Assembly (NCBI GenBank): GCA_963730915.1
Contig: CAVSTR010000004.1
Location: 609,114 to 673,113 of the forward strand
DNA from: an uncultured Gemmatimonadales bacterium
GTDB taxonomy: Bacteria; Gemmatimonadota; Gemmatimonadetes; Gemmatimonadales; GWC2-71-9
DNA: 64,000 nucleotides
Reading direction: 5' to 3'
This document shows, piece after piece, positions 46,339 through 54,935 of the stretch (positions are counted from its first letter, which is position 1; each line of letters begins with the position of its first letter). The notes under the pieces were generated by a model. It did no database searches, was not told the DNA's origin, and saw only the letters and a list, made by a program, of their open reading frames with translations. The translations under genes were made by a program, and so were the position numbers.

Positions 46339-47185
46339 TCGCCGTCTTGTCCCCTGTTTCGGTGCCTGCCCGAATGGCCAAAGCGGGCGCCGCCGCGGCT
46401 ACCCGGGTGTGGAGATTGAAGGTTGAGCCGTGATCCAGGATGTGCAACTTCAGCCCGATCAGACATATGGCGTCGTTCTTCCGCACCCGCGCCATGGACG
46501 AGAACTCGATGCCCGACGGGTCGACGATCGTGAGCGCTCCACTGCCGACCACTTCGAGAGTCTCATCGGGTGCAATGAACGCCGCCGTGTTCTCGTCCAG
46601 TCCGATCCCGATGGCGAACGGGTTGTAGGCCAGTGCCGTGAGCAGCCGGCCGAGGCGGTCGCGCTGGCGGAAGTGCTGGTCGATGATGACCCGGTTCGTG
46701 AGCCCCAGCCCCGGTGCCAGCGTGACGATCCTTGCTCGCGGGGACGCGCCTTCCTTTCCGAAGGCGATCATGTGCTCGCACAGGAACGCCGCTCCGGCCG
46801 ATGTCCCCGCGATGTGCATCCCCTCGACGTTTCGCTGACGCATCGCCTTGGCCACCGCCGTCCCACCGATCATGGTGCTCAGCCGAAGCTGGTTGCCGCC
46901 GGTGAGAAACACGCCGTCCACCTTGTGCAGGACCTCGAGCCACTCGGGCCGTTCGCAGTCGGCGCGGCTGGCGATGGGCAGGGCCTTCGCGTCGCCGACA
47001 CCGAGGCTCTTGAACAGCTCCTCATAGCGCCCGCCGGTATCGGTGAGCATGGACGCGGTCGGGATGATGGCGATGCGGCCTTTCGCACCCCCACAGAGCG
47101 TGGCGAAGCGTCGCAGAATGTGGATGTCTCCGATTTTCTCCTCGGCGCCGCCCACGGGGATGATGTAGCCTCTGGATTTCGCCAC
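46322..47185 (-). CDS. cphB: cyanophycinase (S51 peptidase)
   Basis: 287 aa. YIIPVGGAEEK, nucleophile context IAGTSAGAAFL, VIIDQHFRQRDRLGRL. The last codons overlap the octamer array. Confidence 0.9.
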   Translation of the reverse strand: MAKSRGYIIPVGGAEEKIGDIHILRRFATLCGGAKGRIAIIPTASMLTDTGGRYEELFKSLGVGDAKALPIASRADCERPEWLEVLHKVDGVFLTGGNQLRLSTMIGGTAVAKAMRQRNVEGMHIAGTSAGAAFLCEHMIAFGKEGASPRARIVTLAPGLGLTNRVIIDQHFRQRDRLGRLLTALAYNPFAIGIGLDENTAAFIAPDETLEVVGSGALTIVDPSGIEFSSMARVRKNDAICLIGLKLHILDHGSTFNLHTRVAAAAPALAIRAGTETGDKTAKRASR

Positions 47186-47212
47186 CCTGCTCCTCCGAGT
47201 TTCTGCCTTAAA

Positions 47213-48388
47213 CTATGCCCGTTTGACTTGTTCGAAGCCGCCCGTAATAACCGCACGACCATCTCGCACGTGCCACCGGCCGCGTGCCATTACATCCTCG
47301 ACTGCACCATCAGACCCCAGCACCACCAGATCGGCATCTGCCCCCGTCTCGAGGTGCCCTTTGCGCGGCAGGAGCAGAAGCCGAGCCGGATTGGAGGTAA
47401 AGGCGGGTAGCACTCGCTCCAGCGGCTGACCGCGGGCCAGCAGCTCCTTCAACGTCTCGGCCATCGAAGAGGGCCGGCCCACGTCCAGCGCAACCACCCG
47501 CCCGTCGTCGTCGAACTCCGGGAAACACCCGCCGCCGTCCGAGCTCACCGTCACTCGAGTTGGAGGCAGACCCTTGTCGTAGTAGCGAAGGAGCGCGTCC
47601 GCCGCCGACCATGCGTCTTCGCCGTCCTCGACGGGAAACGCCGTGATGTCGATGGTACAGCCCTCCTGCGTGAGCTCCATCGCTTCCTCGAACAGCCGCT
47701 TCTTCCGGTTGACGTGCGTCGGGTTGAACACGGCCGCCGGCACCTCGGTCCGCTCGATCGCCTCCCGGACCAGCTCCAGGCCGCGCTCTCCATCTCCGAC
47801 GTGCAGGTGCACGATACCGGCCTTGCCCGCCATCAGTCCGCCCACATGCGCGTCGCCCGCCACGCGGACCAGCTCATCGAACGTCGGCTGTGACGATCGA
47901 TGGTCGCTGATCGCCAGCTCGCCCACACCGAGGATGAGATCGATCAGCACGATGTCCCCCCGCACGCTGCCGGTGACCGTCACGGGAGGCACGTGATAGC
48001 CGCCGGTATAGCAGTAGGCGCTGAGACCTTCCGCTATCAGGCCGCGCGCGGTCGTCACCAGTTCGGCCGTCGTGCGCACCGTGTCGTCGGTGCCGAGCAG
48101 ACCGATCACCGTCGTAACTCCGCCGGTGGTGAGACGGCTCAGACCCAGCGGTGGAACCCGCGTCTCCGGTCCGGCTTCCCCTCCGCCACCAGTCAGGTGG
48201 ACGTGACAGTCTACCAGCCCCGGAATGACTCGGCGTCCCCCGAGATCGTACTCCTCGACACCGTGTGCCGCGGTGAAGGACGGGGCGGTCTCACCCACCC
48301 AGACGATCGTCTCGCCTGCCACGAGCAGGTGTCTGTGACCCTGTGATTGCGGAGCATACAGGTCGGCGTTCCGCAGAAGCTGAAGCAA
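47213..48388 (-). CDS. iadA: isoaspartyl (beta-aspartyl) dipeptidase
   Basis: Long ORF 47213..49003 trimmed to in-frame TTG 48388 (LQLLRNADLYAP...). GLVDCHVHLTGGGGEAGPETR parallels the E. coli IadA HVHLIGGGGEAG motif. The upstream part of the ORF is a translation of the heptamer array. Confidence 0.8.
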   Translation of the reverse strand: MLQLLRNADLYAPQSQGHRHLLVAGETIVWVGETAPSFTAAHGVEEYDLGGRRVIPGLVDCHVHLTGGGGEAGPETRVPPLGLSRLTTGGVTTVIGLLGTDDTVRTTAELVTTARGLIAEGLSAYCYTGGYHVPPVTVTGSVRGDIVLIDLILGVGELAISDHRSSQPTFDELVRVAGDAHVGGLMAGKAGIVHLHVGDGERGLELVREAIERTEVPAAVFNPTHVNRKKRLFEEAMELTQEGCTIDITAFPVEDGEDAWSAADALLRYYDKGLPPTRVTVSSDGGGCFPEFDDDGRVVALDVGRPSSMAETLKELLARGQPLERVLPAFTSNPARLLLLPRKGHLETGADADLVVLGSDGAVEDVMARGRWHVRDGRAVITGGFEQVKRA

Positions 48389-48407
48389 GAGTATCCGGGG
48401 GTTATTA

Positions 48408-48500
48408 GTCTGGCGTCTAGTCGTCTGGCGTCTGGCGTCTAGCGTCTGGCGTCTCGGCGTCTGGCGTCTGGCGTCTGGCGTCTGGCGTCTGGCGTCTGGC
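48408..48500. repeat. tandem heptamer array (GTCTGGC, 13 units) in the iadA / egtB-like divergent region
   Basis: 10 perfect GTCTGGC units plus variants GTCTAGTC, GTCTAGC and GTCTCGGC. The last six are perfect and contiguous (48459-48500). A TGTCACCCCGAGC box follows at 48559-48571. Confidence 0.9.
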
Positions 48501-48590
48501 CACCAACTTACCCCGGCGCGGTGCCCGCTGCTATCGTAGAGGATGGCCGGGTGATCCCTGTCACCCCGAGCTACCAGAACCGGCGGAAGA

Positions 48591-49804
48591 TTGAGCACAC
48601 ATCCCGACCAAGGCCGCATGCCCACCCTGCAATCGAGCACTCTCTCGCGTAAACGGCTGGCCGAATTGCTGGCCGAGGCACGAGCGCGCACCGTTCTCCT
48701 GGTGAGCCCCGTGTCCGAAGTGGGCTTGCACGCTCGGCCCGACGAGGCTGTTGGGTCGGTGTTGCAGGAGCTGGGGCAGATCCTCCGATTCGAGCTCGAG
48801 TGGCTGGCACAGGAGCCCGAGGGCGGCGGCGCCGAGTCGCTGCCGAGCTTCGAGTCGTACGACGAGTGGTTCGACGCCATGCTGGAGATTCGGGAGCGAT
48901 CCCTGGAGCAGCTCGAGTCGCTCCACGACCTGAGCTCCTCTCCGAGTATGGAAGATCGCTGCCGGCTGGTTCTGGACCACGAGTACCGTCGCGACGAGGC
49001 CATTCTCGAGACGCTGCAGCTCCAGCCGGATTATCGCGCGCCTCGGCGTGTCCTCCTGCCTCGCGGCCGCCGTCTCGCCGATCCCGGCATCATGGCGCGC
49101 TTTCCCGGCGGAACCGATCTCGATCGGAGCGAGCTGCCGAGTCACGGGTGTGGCCGGACGAGGCGCCGGTCGACAAGGTCCACCTGGAGCCGTTCTGGAT
49201 CGATGTCATGCCGGTGACGAACGGCGACTTCGTCACCTTCATGGCCGCCGGCGGATACGTGAGCGCCGACTACTGGTCCGATGAAGGATGGGAGTGGGTC
49301 CGCAGCAATGGGGTGCAGACCCCGCGGCACTGGTTCTGGGATGAAGGAGCGTGGTGGACCCGCTGGATGGACAGACCCATGCTGCTCGACCTCACCTGCC
49401 CGGTGAGCTGCGTGTCGCGCTACGAGGCCGAAGCCTTCGCCAGGTTCGTGGGGAAGAGACTGCCGACCGAGCTCGAGTGGGAAGCGGCCGCGACATGGGA
49501 TCCCGAGAGTCAGGACCGGCGGCACTATCCCTGGGGCAGCATGGCGCCATCGCTCAACGTCGCCAATCTCGATCAGCTCGCGTTCGAGACCGCCGAGGTC
49601 GGTGCCTTTCCCGGCAACCTCTCGCCGGTCGGCTGTTATGGAATGATCGGTGATCTCTGGGAATGGACCGCGAGCCCGACGGGTGTCCTCCGTGGCGGCT
49701 CCTGGGCGACCCGTCCCGGCGCCGCGCGAGTCACGGCCACGAAGTGCGCGTCACCATCTGCTCGCCACGTCTTCAGTGGGTTTCGTTGTGCGCATGATGG
49801 GTGA
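48591..49804 (+). pseudogene. degenerate EgtB/FGE-sulfatase paralog (frameshifted, Fe ligands lost, internal deletion)
   Basis: The N-terminal DinB-like part is in ORF 48591..49217 and the FGE-like part in ORF 48800..49804. The frames switch near 49117-49130. LGQILRFEL and HEYRRDE replace LGHIAHFEE and HEYQHNE of egtB. About 26 aa (DFHGYPGFQSFPYPEYSEAFFGSDYK) are missing between WEWT and LRGGSW. Confidence 0.7.
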
Positions 49805-49991
49805 AGGCGGTAGGGCGGTATGGCGGTAGGTAGTGCGGCTGGGAATGGTTGAGTGATTGTCATCCCGAACGTAGTGAGGGATCGCTCCATCTGACGTCCG
49901 CACGACCATGGCCGCTCAGACGCCTCGTTAAGCGATCCCTCGCTTTGCTCGGGATGACATCCTTTTCCTAGCTTACCGCCTTCCCGCCTAC
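49804..49991. repeat. composite palindromic element: octamer arms + inverted TGTCATCCCGA REP boxes, spanning a whole convergent intergenic region
   Basis: Left arm 49804-49838 (AAGGCGGT AGGGCGGT ATGGCGGT AGG...). IR-L 49858-49886 TGTCATCCCGAACGTAGTGAGGGATCGCT. IR-R 49931-49959 AGCGATCCCTCGCTTTGCTCGGGATGACA. Right arm 49972-49991 (CTTACCGCC TTCCCGCC TAC). The arms touch the stop codons of both flanking genes. Confidence 0.85.
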
Positions 49992-50797
49992 TTCTCCAAT
50001 CCCGCAGGCACTCCACCCGGAAACTGCTTCTTTATCGCATCCTCGATCCGGGCGACTCGATTCTCCGGATTCGGATGGGTGCTGAAGAACTCCGGCGGCC
50101 GTCCTCCCTGCGAGCTCTCGTCCAGGATCTTCATCAGCCCGATCATCGAACGCGGATCGTAGCCCGCTTCGGAGGCGAGCCGCACGCCGAGCTGATCCGA
50201 TTGCAGCTCGTCCTGTCGGCCGAACCGCATCGTGACCAGTTGACCGATCAGTGCTGCGACTGCAGCCGAGCCCTGGGTCGATGGATTGTTGGGATCGTAG
50301 GTGGCGAGTACCGCCGCGCCGGTGAGTCCTTCGGTGAGCTGCTGCTTGGCGATGTGCTCGGCGCCGTGACGCGCCAGCACGTGCCCGATCTCGTGGCCCA
50401 GCACTCCGGCCAGCTGTCCTTCGGACTCGAGCCGGCGAACCAGTCCCTCGGTGATCGCGACCTGCCCACCCGGCAGAGCGAACGCGTTGATCGTCTCGGG
50501 ATCGTCGAGCAGGTGGAACTCGAACTTGTACGGGCTCTGCGCCGCGGCGGTGCGCGACACCAGCCGCTCGCCCACGCGGTCCACCAGTGCCTGCGCCTCG
50601 GGGCTCGGATCCAGCCCGCCGAACTGCTGCATCATCTCCGGTGCCGCCTGGAGACCGAGCGCTACTTCCTGTTCGGGAGTGATCCCGGCGACGTGCTGCT
50701 TTTCTTCGGTGATCGGATTGAACGCGCTCTTACTGAAGTATCCGATGACGGAGATGACCGCTACGATGAGGGCCATGACGAGCCGGCTGCGTGACAC
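49988..50797 (-). CDS. M48-family metallopeptidase (periplasmic BepA/YcaL-like)
   Basis: 269 aa. N-terminal anchor LVMALIVAVISVIGYF. Zinc motif HEIGHVLARH with downstream ELQSDQLG. Confidence 0.8.
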   Translation of the reverse strand: MSRSRLVMALIVAVISVIGYFSKSAFNPITEEKQHVAGITPEQEVALGLQAAPEMMQQFGGLDPSPEAQALVDRVGERLVSRTAAAQSPYKFEFHLLDDPETINAFALPGGQVAITEGLVRRLESEGQLAGVLGHEIGHVLARHGAEHIAKQQLTEGLTGAAVLATYDPNNPSTQGSAAVAALIGQLVTMRFGRQDELQSDQLGVRLASEAGYDPRSMIGLMKILDESSQGGRPPEFFSTHPNPENRVARIEDAIKKQFPGGVPAGLEK

Positions 50798-51153
50798 GGG
50801 TGCCTCCTGAGAGGAAGCTCAGAAGTTGCTGCTACCGGCGGGAGTTATCGGTGACATTCCTCACTGGGGGTGTCTGTGCGCCAGCGGCTCCGCTGAGCCC
50901 GGACCGCAGCGGCGGAGCCACGAACCCTTCCGGGCGCCCCCGTGCGCTGCGAAATAGGAGAAATTGCGCTCGATACAGTGCGCACTGACGCGCCCTTCAG
51001 GGTCCATGACTCCGCCGCTGCTCCCCGCGTCGCCGAGCGTGGCCAGCGGAACTGGGCTGAGCCCCGGAGGCTTGGGCGTAACCGGGAGGGGTGGGGGGTT
51101 GTCAGGCGCTCAAGCTGGAGGGGCTCGGTCCAGGGCCGCTGGCCACACGCACC

Positions 51154-52512
51154 CTACTGGAGTTGCAGCGGCGGAGTCGCGGCTCCGTGGCTCTGCCGCT
51201 GCGCTCTCGGGCTGTGGGGCACGTAGGTGAAGACGTCCGGAACCCTCCGACCGCAGCCGGTCAACCGTTCGGCGGCACCCGCCAGGTGGCCGGCGGAAGC
51301 GGAGATCTCCTCGGTCGAAGCATTGAGCTCCTGCGCGGCGGCGGCGATCTGCTGAGCTGCCGCGGCATACTCCTCGGTTCCGGCCGACACCTCACGCATG
51401 CGTCCGGCGATCCCCTCGATCAGCCCGCGCACCTCGCCGGCCGACGCCGAAATGCGCCTGGTCCACACGTCGTTCGCCTCGGCGTCTGCCGCCACGTTCA
51501 TCAGACCTTCGGCGGCTGCGTGCGCGGCATCGCGTGCGGCGGCGCCGCCCTGGCCCAGGCGAATCAGCCGGTCGCGCGCGGTCTGTACCTGCAGCACCAC
51601 CGTCTGAACCGTCTCGCTCGTCGTGGTCGCGGATCGCGCCGCCTGGCCGGCCAGCTTTCGCACCTCTTCGGCCACCACGCTGAAGCCGCGGCCCTCTTCG
51701 CCCGCGCGCGCGGCTTCGATGGACGCATTCAGCGCCAGCATGTGGGTCTGCTTCGCGATCAGCTTCGCCTGGGTGATGAACTTCTCGATCTGGCTCGATG
51801 CGGTCGCGAGCGCCTCGGCCTCGGTTGCGCCGAGCTCGATCTCTTCCGCCAGCCTCGACAGCTCGGCCGTGCTCTGATCGAGCCGCGTCCGGTGTGAGCG
51901 CGCCAGCTTTGCCAGTGCCGCGTTGCGTTCGGCCGCCTGGATCGCTCCAGCCGCCAGCTCCTGCGCGATCTCGAGGATCTTGCTCGCGTCTTCCGCCGCG
52001 GCCCGCACCACGGCGGCCTGCTGATTGGCCCGCTGCGTCAGGTCGCCGGTCGTTCCGGCCACTTCCTCGGTGGACGCGGTCATCTGCTCGGTGGACGCGG
52101 CGATCTGCTGCGCCATCGCCGCGGCGTCGTGCGAGTAGCGGTGAATCGTGCCGACCAGCTCCTGCAGCCGGGTCACCATGCTGATCATCGCTGCGGAGAG
52201 GCCGTCGAGGTTCGGCCGTCCGGCCCAGTCCGGCAGCGTCAGGTCTCCCTGCGACACCTGCATCGCCACCATAGCGACCTTGCCGGTGGGCTTCAGCACC
52301 CGGCTCAGCAGCAGTTTGACCACGATCCAATCCAGCACGAGTCCCACGGCAAGGACCGTCAGGCTGCCCCAGACGACTGGATCTGCCAGTACGCTGGATT
52401 CCGCAGGCGGACAGACGGCGAGCAGGATGCCGGCCGTAACCGCGGCAAGCGTCGCGGCGCAGGCGGCGCCGATCAGGTGCAGGTTGATGATGAAGCGGTT
52501 GCGGGAGGCCAT
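51154..52512 (-). CDS. methyl-accepting chemotaxis protein (two TM, minimal periplasmic loop, HAMP)
   Basis: 452 aa. Signalling-domain core [29 protein letters not shown]. No che genes in the window. Confidence 0.85.
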   Translation of the reverse strand: MASRNRFIINLHLIGAACAATLAAVTAGILLAVCPPAESSVLADPVVWGSLTVLAVGLVLDWIVVKLLLSRVLKPTGKVAMVAMQVSQGDLTLPDWAGRPNLDGLSAAMISMVTRLQELVGTIHRYSHDAAAMAQQIAASTEQMTASTEEVAGTTGDLTQRANQQAAVVRAAAEDASKILEIAQELAAGAIQAAERNAALAKLARSHRTRLDQSTAELSRLAEEIELGATEAEALATASSQIEKFITQAKLIAKQTHMLALNASIEAARAGEEGRGFSVVAEEVRKLAGQAARSATTTSETVQTVVLQVQTARDRLIRLGQGGAAARDAAHAAAEGLMNVAADAEANDVWTRRISASAGEVRGLIEGIAGRMREVSAGTEEYAAAAQQIAAAAQELNASTEEISASAGHLAGAAERLTGCGRRVPDVFTYVPHSPRAQRQSHGAATPPLQLQ

Positions 52513-52561
52513 GGGACTGCAACACCTTGCAAGACAAAGGCCCAGGCGGGTTCTTTCTGCT

Positions 52562-52598
52562 CTCCGCCCGTCCGCCTCTCCGCCTGTCCGCCTGTCCG
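52562..52598. repeat. octamer array ([CG]TCCGCC[CT], about 4.5 units) upstream of leuS
   Basis: CTCCGCCC GTCCGCCT CTCCGCCT GTCCGCCT GTCCG, in the MCP/leuS divergent region. Confidence 0.8.
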
Positions 52599-53444
52599 TA
52601 GCAGTAACACCGCAGTGCCAATAGATTTACGCTTCCTTGAAACCACGAATATCTCCGGAACGACCCCGGCCGCCGGCGGGACGAACCAGCACCATGAAGA
52701 CGACCGAGACGCGAGTGAAGCAGAATCCCATATCTACCGACGTGGTGCCCTACCGCCCGGAGACCATCGAGCCCAAGTGGCAGGCGCGATGGGCCGAGCG
52801 GCACACCAACGAGCCCGACCTCGATCGCGCGGTCCAGCCCTTCTACAACCTCATGATGTTCCCCTACCCCTCGGCCGAGGGGCTGCACGTGGGGAACATG
52901 TTCGCCTTCACCGGCAGCGACGTGTATGGCCGGTTCAAGCGGCTCCAGGGCTATCGACGTGTTCGAGCCGATCGGCTACGACGCGTTCGGCATCCACAGT
53001 GAGAACTACGCCATCAAGGTGGGCATCAATCCCGCCGAGCTGATTCCGCGGAACATCACCAACTTCCGGCGCCAGCTCAAAAGCATCGGCGGCATGTTCG
53101 ACTGGCGTCACGAGCTCTCGACCACGGATCCGAAGTATTACAAGTGGACCCAGTGGATCTTTCTGCAGCTGCTGAAGGCGGGCAAGGCGTACAAGAAGGC
53201 GGCCGCGGTCAACTGGTGTCCCAAGGACCAGACCGTGCTGGCGAACGAGCAGGTCATCGACGGCCGCTGCGAGCGCTGCGGCACCACCGTCGAGCAGCGG
53301 ACGCTGGAGCAGTGGTTCTTCCGCATCACTGAGTATGCCGACCGCCTGTTGGCGAATCTGGACGACAAGTCGAAGATGGACTGGTCCGAGAGCACCACCC
53401 TGGCGCAGCGGAATTGGTTGGGGCGTTCGAGGCGCGGAGTATTT

Positions 53445-53567
53445 GGAGGGTCGGAGGGTCGGAGGGACGGAGGGACGGAGGATGTCACCCTCGGCGTAGC
53501 GAAGAGGCAGCGGGGCAGCGTAGGAGAAGATGTCACCCTGACCCCTCGCGAAGCGAGGGGGAGGGGC
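53445..53567. repeat. octamer array GGAGGG[TA]C (4.5 units) plus two TGTCACCC REP-like boxes, inside leuS
   Basis: Array 53445-53482. Boxes start at 53483 (TGTCACCCTCGGCGTAGCGAAGAGGC) and 53531 (TGTCACCCTGACCCCTCGCGAAGCGAGGGG). AGCGGGGCAGCG lies between them. It translates as GGSEGRRDGGCHPRRSEEAAGQRRRRCHPDPSRSEGEG. Confidence 0.85.
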
Positions 53568-53950
53568 CGAAACCCCGCGCGCCAGAGATCAAAGTCTTTA
53601 CGACGAGGCCCGACACCGTCTTCGGCGCCACCTTCATGGTCCTCGCTCCCGAGCACCCGCTGGTCGACTCGTTCACCACTCCGAAGCAGAAGGCGGAAGT
53701 GAACGCGTATCGCCAGGCGGCGACGTCGAAGGACCTGGTCTCCCGCAAGGTGGGCGACCGGGAGAAGACCGGCGTCTTCACCGGCGGCCACGCGATCAAT
53801 CCGGCCACCGGCAAGCCGATCCCGGTCTGGATCGCCGACTACGTGCTGATGGAGTACGGCACCGGTGCCATCATGGCGGTGCCCGGCCACGACCAGCGCG
53901 ACTTCGAGTTCGCTCAGAACGCTTCGAGTCTGCCGATTCTCAGAGTAGTC

Positions 53951-53995
53951 TGTCACCCTGAGCGGAGCGAAGGAGCCGAAGCTCCGCTTGAAGCC
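53951..53995. repeat. REP-like box inside leuS (TGTCACCCTGAGCGGAGCGAAGGAGCCGAAGCTCCGC)
   Basis: Hairpin GCGGAGC / GCTCCGC. Translated in frame as VCHPERSEGAEAPL, in the variable linker after HDQRDFEFA. Confidence 0.75.
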
Positions 53996-54807
53996 GCATA
54001 CGTAGACAACGACGACGGAGTCCTCTGCAACTCCGGCCAGTTCGACGGCCTGAAAGTCCCCGAAGCCAAGCGCGCCATCACCGCCTGGCTCGCCGAGCGC
54101 GGGGCGGGGAAGGCCGTGGTCAACTACCGCCTGCACGACTGGTGCATCAGCCGCCAGCGGTACTGGGGCCCGCCGATCCCCATCATCTACTGCGACGAGC
54201 ACGGCGCCGTCCCGGTACCCGAGAAGGATCTCCCGGTCGAGCTGCCGGTGATCGACGACTTCCAGCCGGACGACAGCGGCATCTCGCCGCTGGCCCGGCA
54301 CGAGAGCTGGTACCACGTCCCATGTCCCGTCTGCGGCAAGCGCAGCCGGCGCGAGACCGACGTCAGCGACACCTTCCTCGACTCGGCCTGGTACTACCTG
54401 CGCTATCCCAGCACCGACTTCGACGACCGTCCCTTCGATCAGGGGCGGACCCGGCGGTGGCTGCCGGTCACCACCTACATCGGCGGCAACGAGCACGCGG
54501 TGCTGCACCTGCTCTATTCGCGCTTCATCGCGATGGTGCTGCAGGAGCTCGGCATGGTCCACTTCGACGAGCCGTTCCGGAAGTTCCGGGCGCACGGGCA
54601 CATCGTGAAGGATGGGTCCAAGATGTCGAAGAGCCACGGCAACGTGGTCGTGCCCGACGAGTACATCGCGCGCTGGGGCGCCGACACCTTCCGGATGTAT
54701 CTCATGTTCCTGGGCCCGTTCCAGGAGGGCGGCGACTTCCGTGACGAGGGCATCGCCGGCCCGCGCCGGTTCCTGGAGAAGGTCTGGAATCTCGTGAGCG
54801 ACGCCCA

Positions 54808-54935
54808 GCAGTCATTGCGAGAGCCTGCCCCGAGCAATCAAACGAGGGGCCGCGAAGCGACCGAAGCAATTCCGCGGGCTGGCACGGAGCCGCAGTCATT
54901 GCGAGCCCCCGACGCGGGCGCGGCAATCCCCCGGC
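54808..54935. repeat. pair of GCAGTCATTGCGAG...GCAATC REP-like boxes inside leuS
   Basis: GCAGTCATTGCGAG at 54808 and 54892, each followed by ...GCAATC. In frame they add about 30 aa (QQSLREPAPSNQTRGREATEAIPRAGTEPQSLRAPDAGAAIP) relative to Thermus-type LeuRS. Confidence 0.75.

Noticed and set aside
46164-46433. Three overlapping small ORFs encoding PLPRCPAAPLPRCPA-type repeats
   Set aside because: They are simply the three reading frames of the GCCCCGCT octamer array, on the strand opposite to the flanking genes.
46227-48500. Tandem arrays considered as CRISPR
   Set aside because: The units are 7-8 bp and directly abutting, with no spacers and no cas genes. This is not CRISPR architecture.
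48389-49003. N-terminal 205 codons of the 596-aa ORF 47213..49003
   Set aside because: The segment translates the GTCTGGC heptamer array (PDARRQTPDARRQTPRRQT...) and sequence antisense to the egtB-like gene. IadA homology begins only at about 48388.
51392-52888. 498-aa Arg/Gly-rich ORF overlapping the MCP gene in another frame
   Set aside because: The MCP frame carries the conserved signalling-domain core. The alternative frame is compositionally biased (RG-rich) and runs into the intergenic repeat.
52940-53440. Programmed ribosomal frameshifting in leuS
   Set aside because: I saw no slippery heptamer or stimulatory structure at either site. Two opposite shifts would be needed. Single-base indels explain the pattern more simply.
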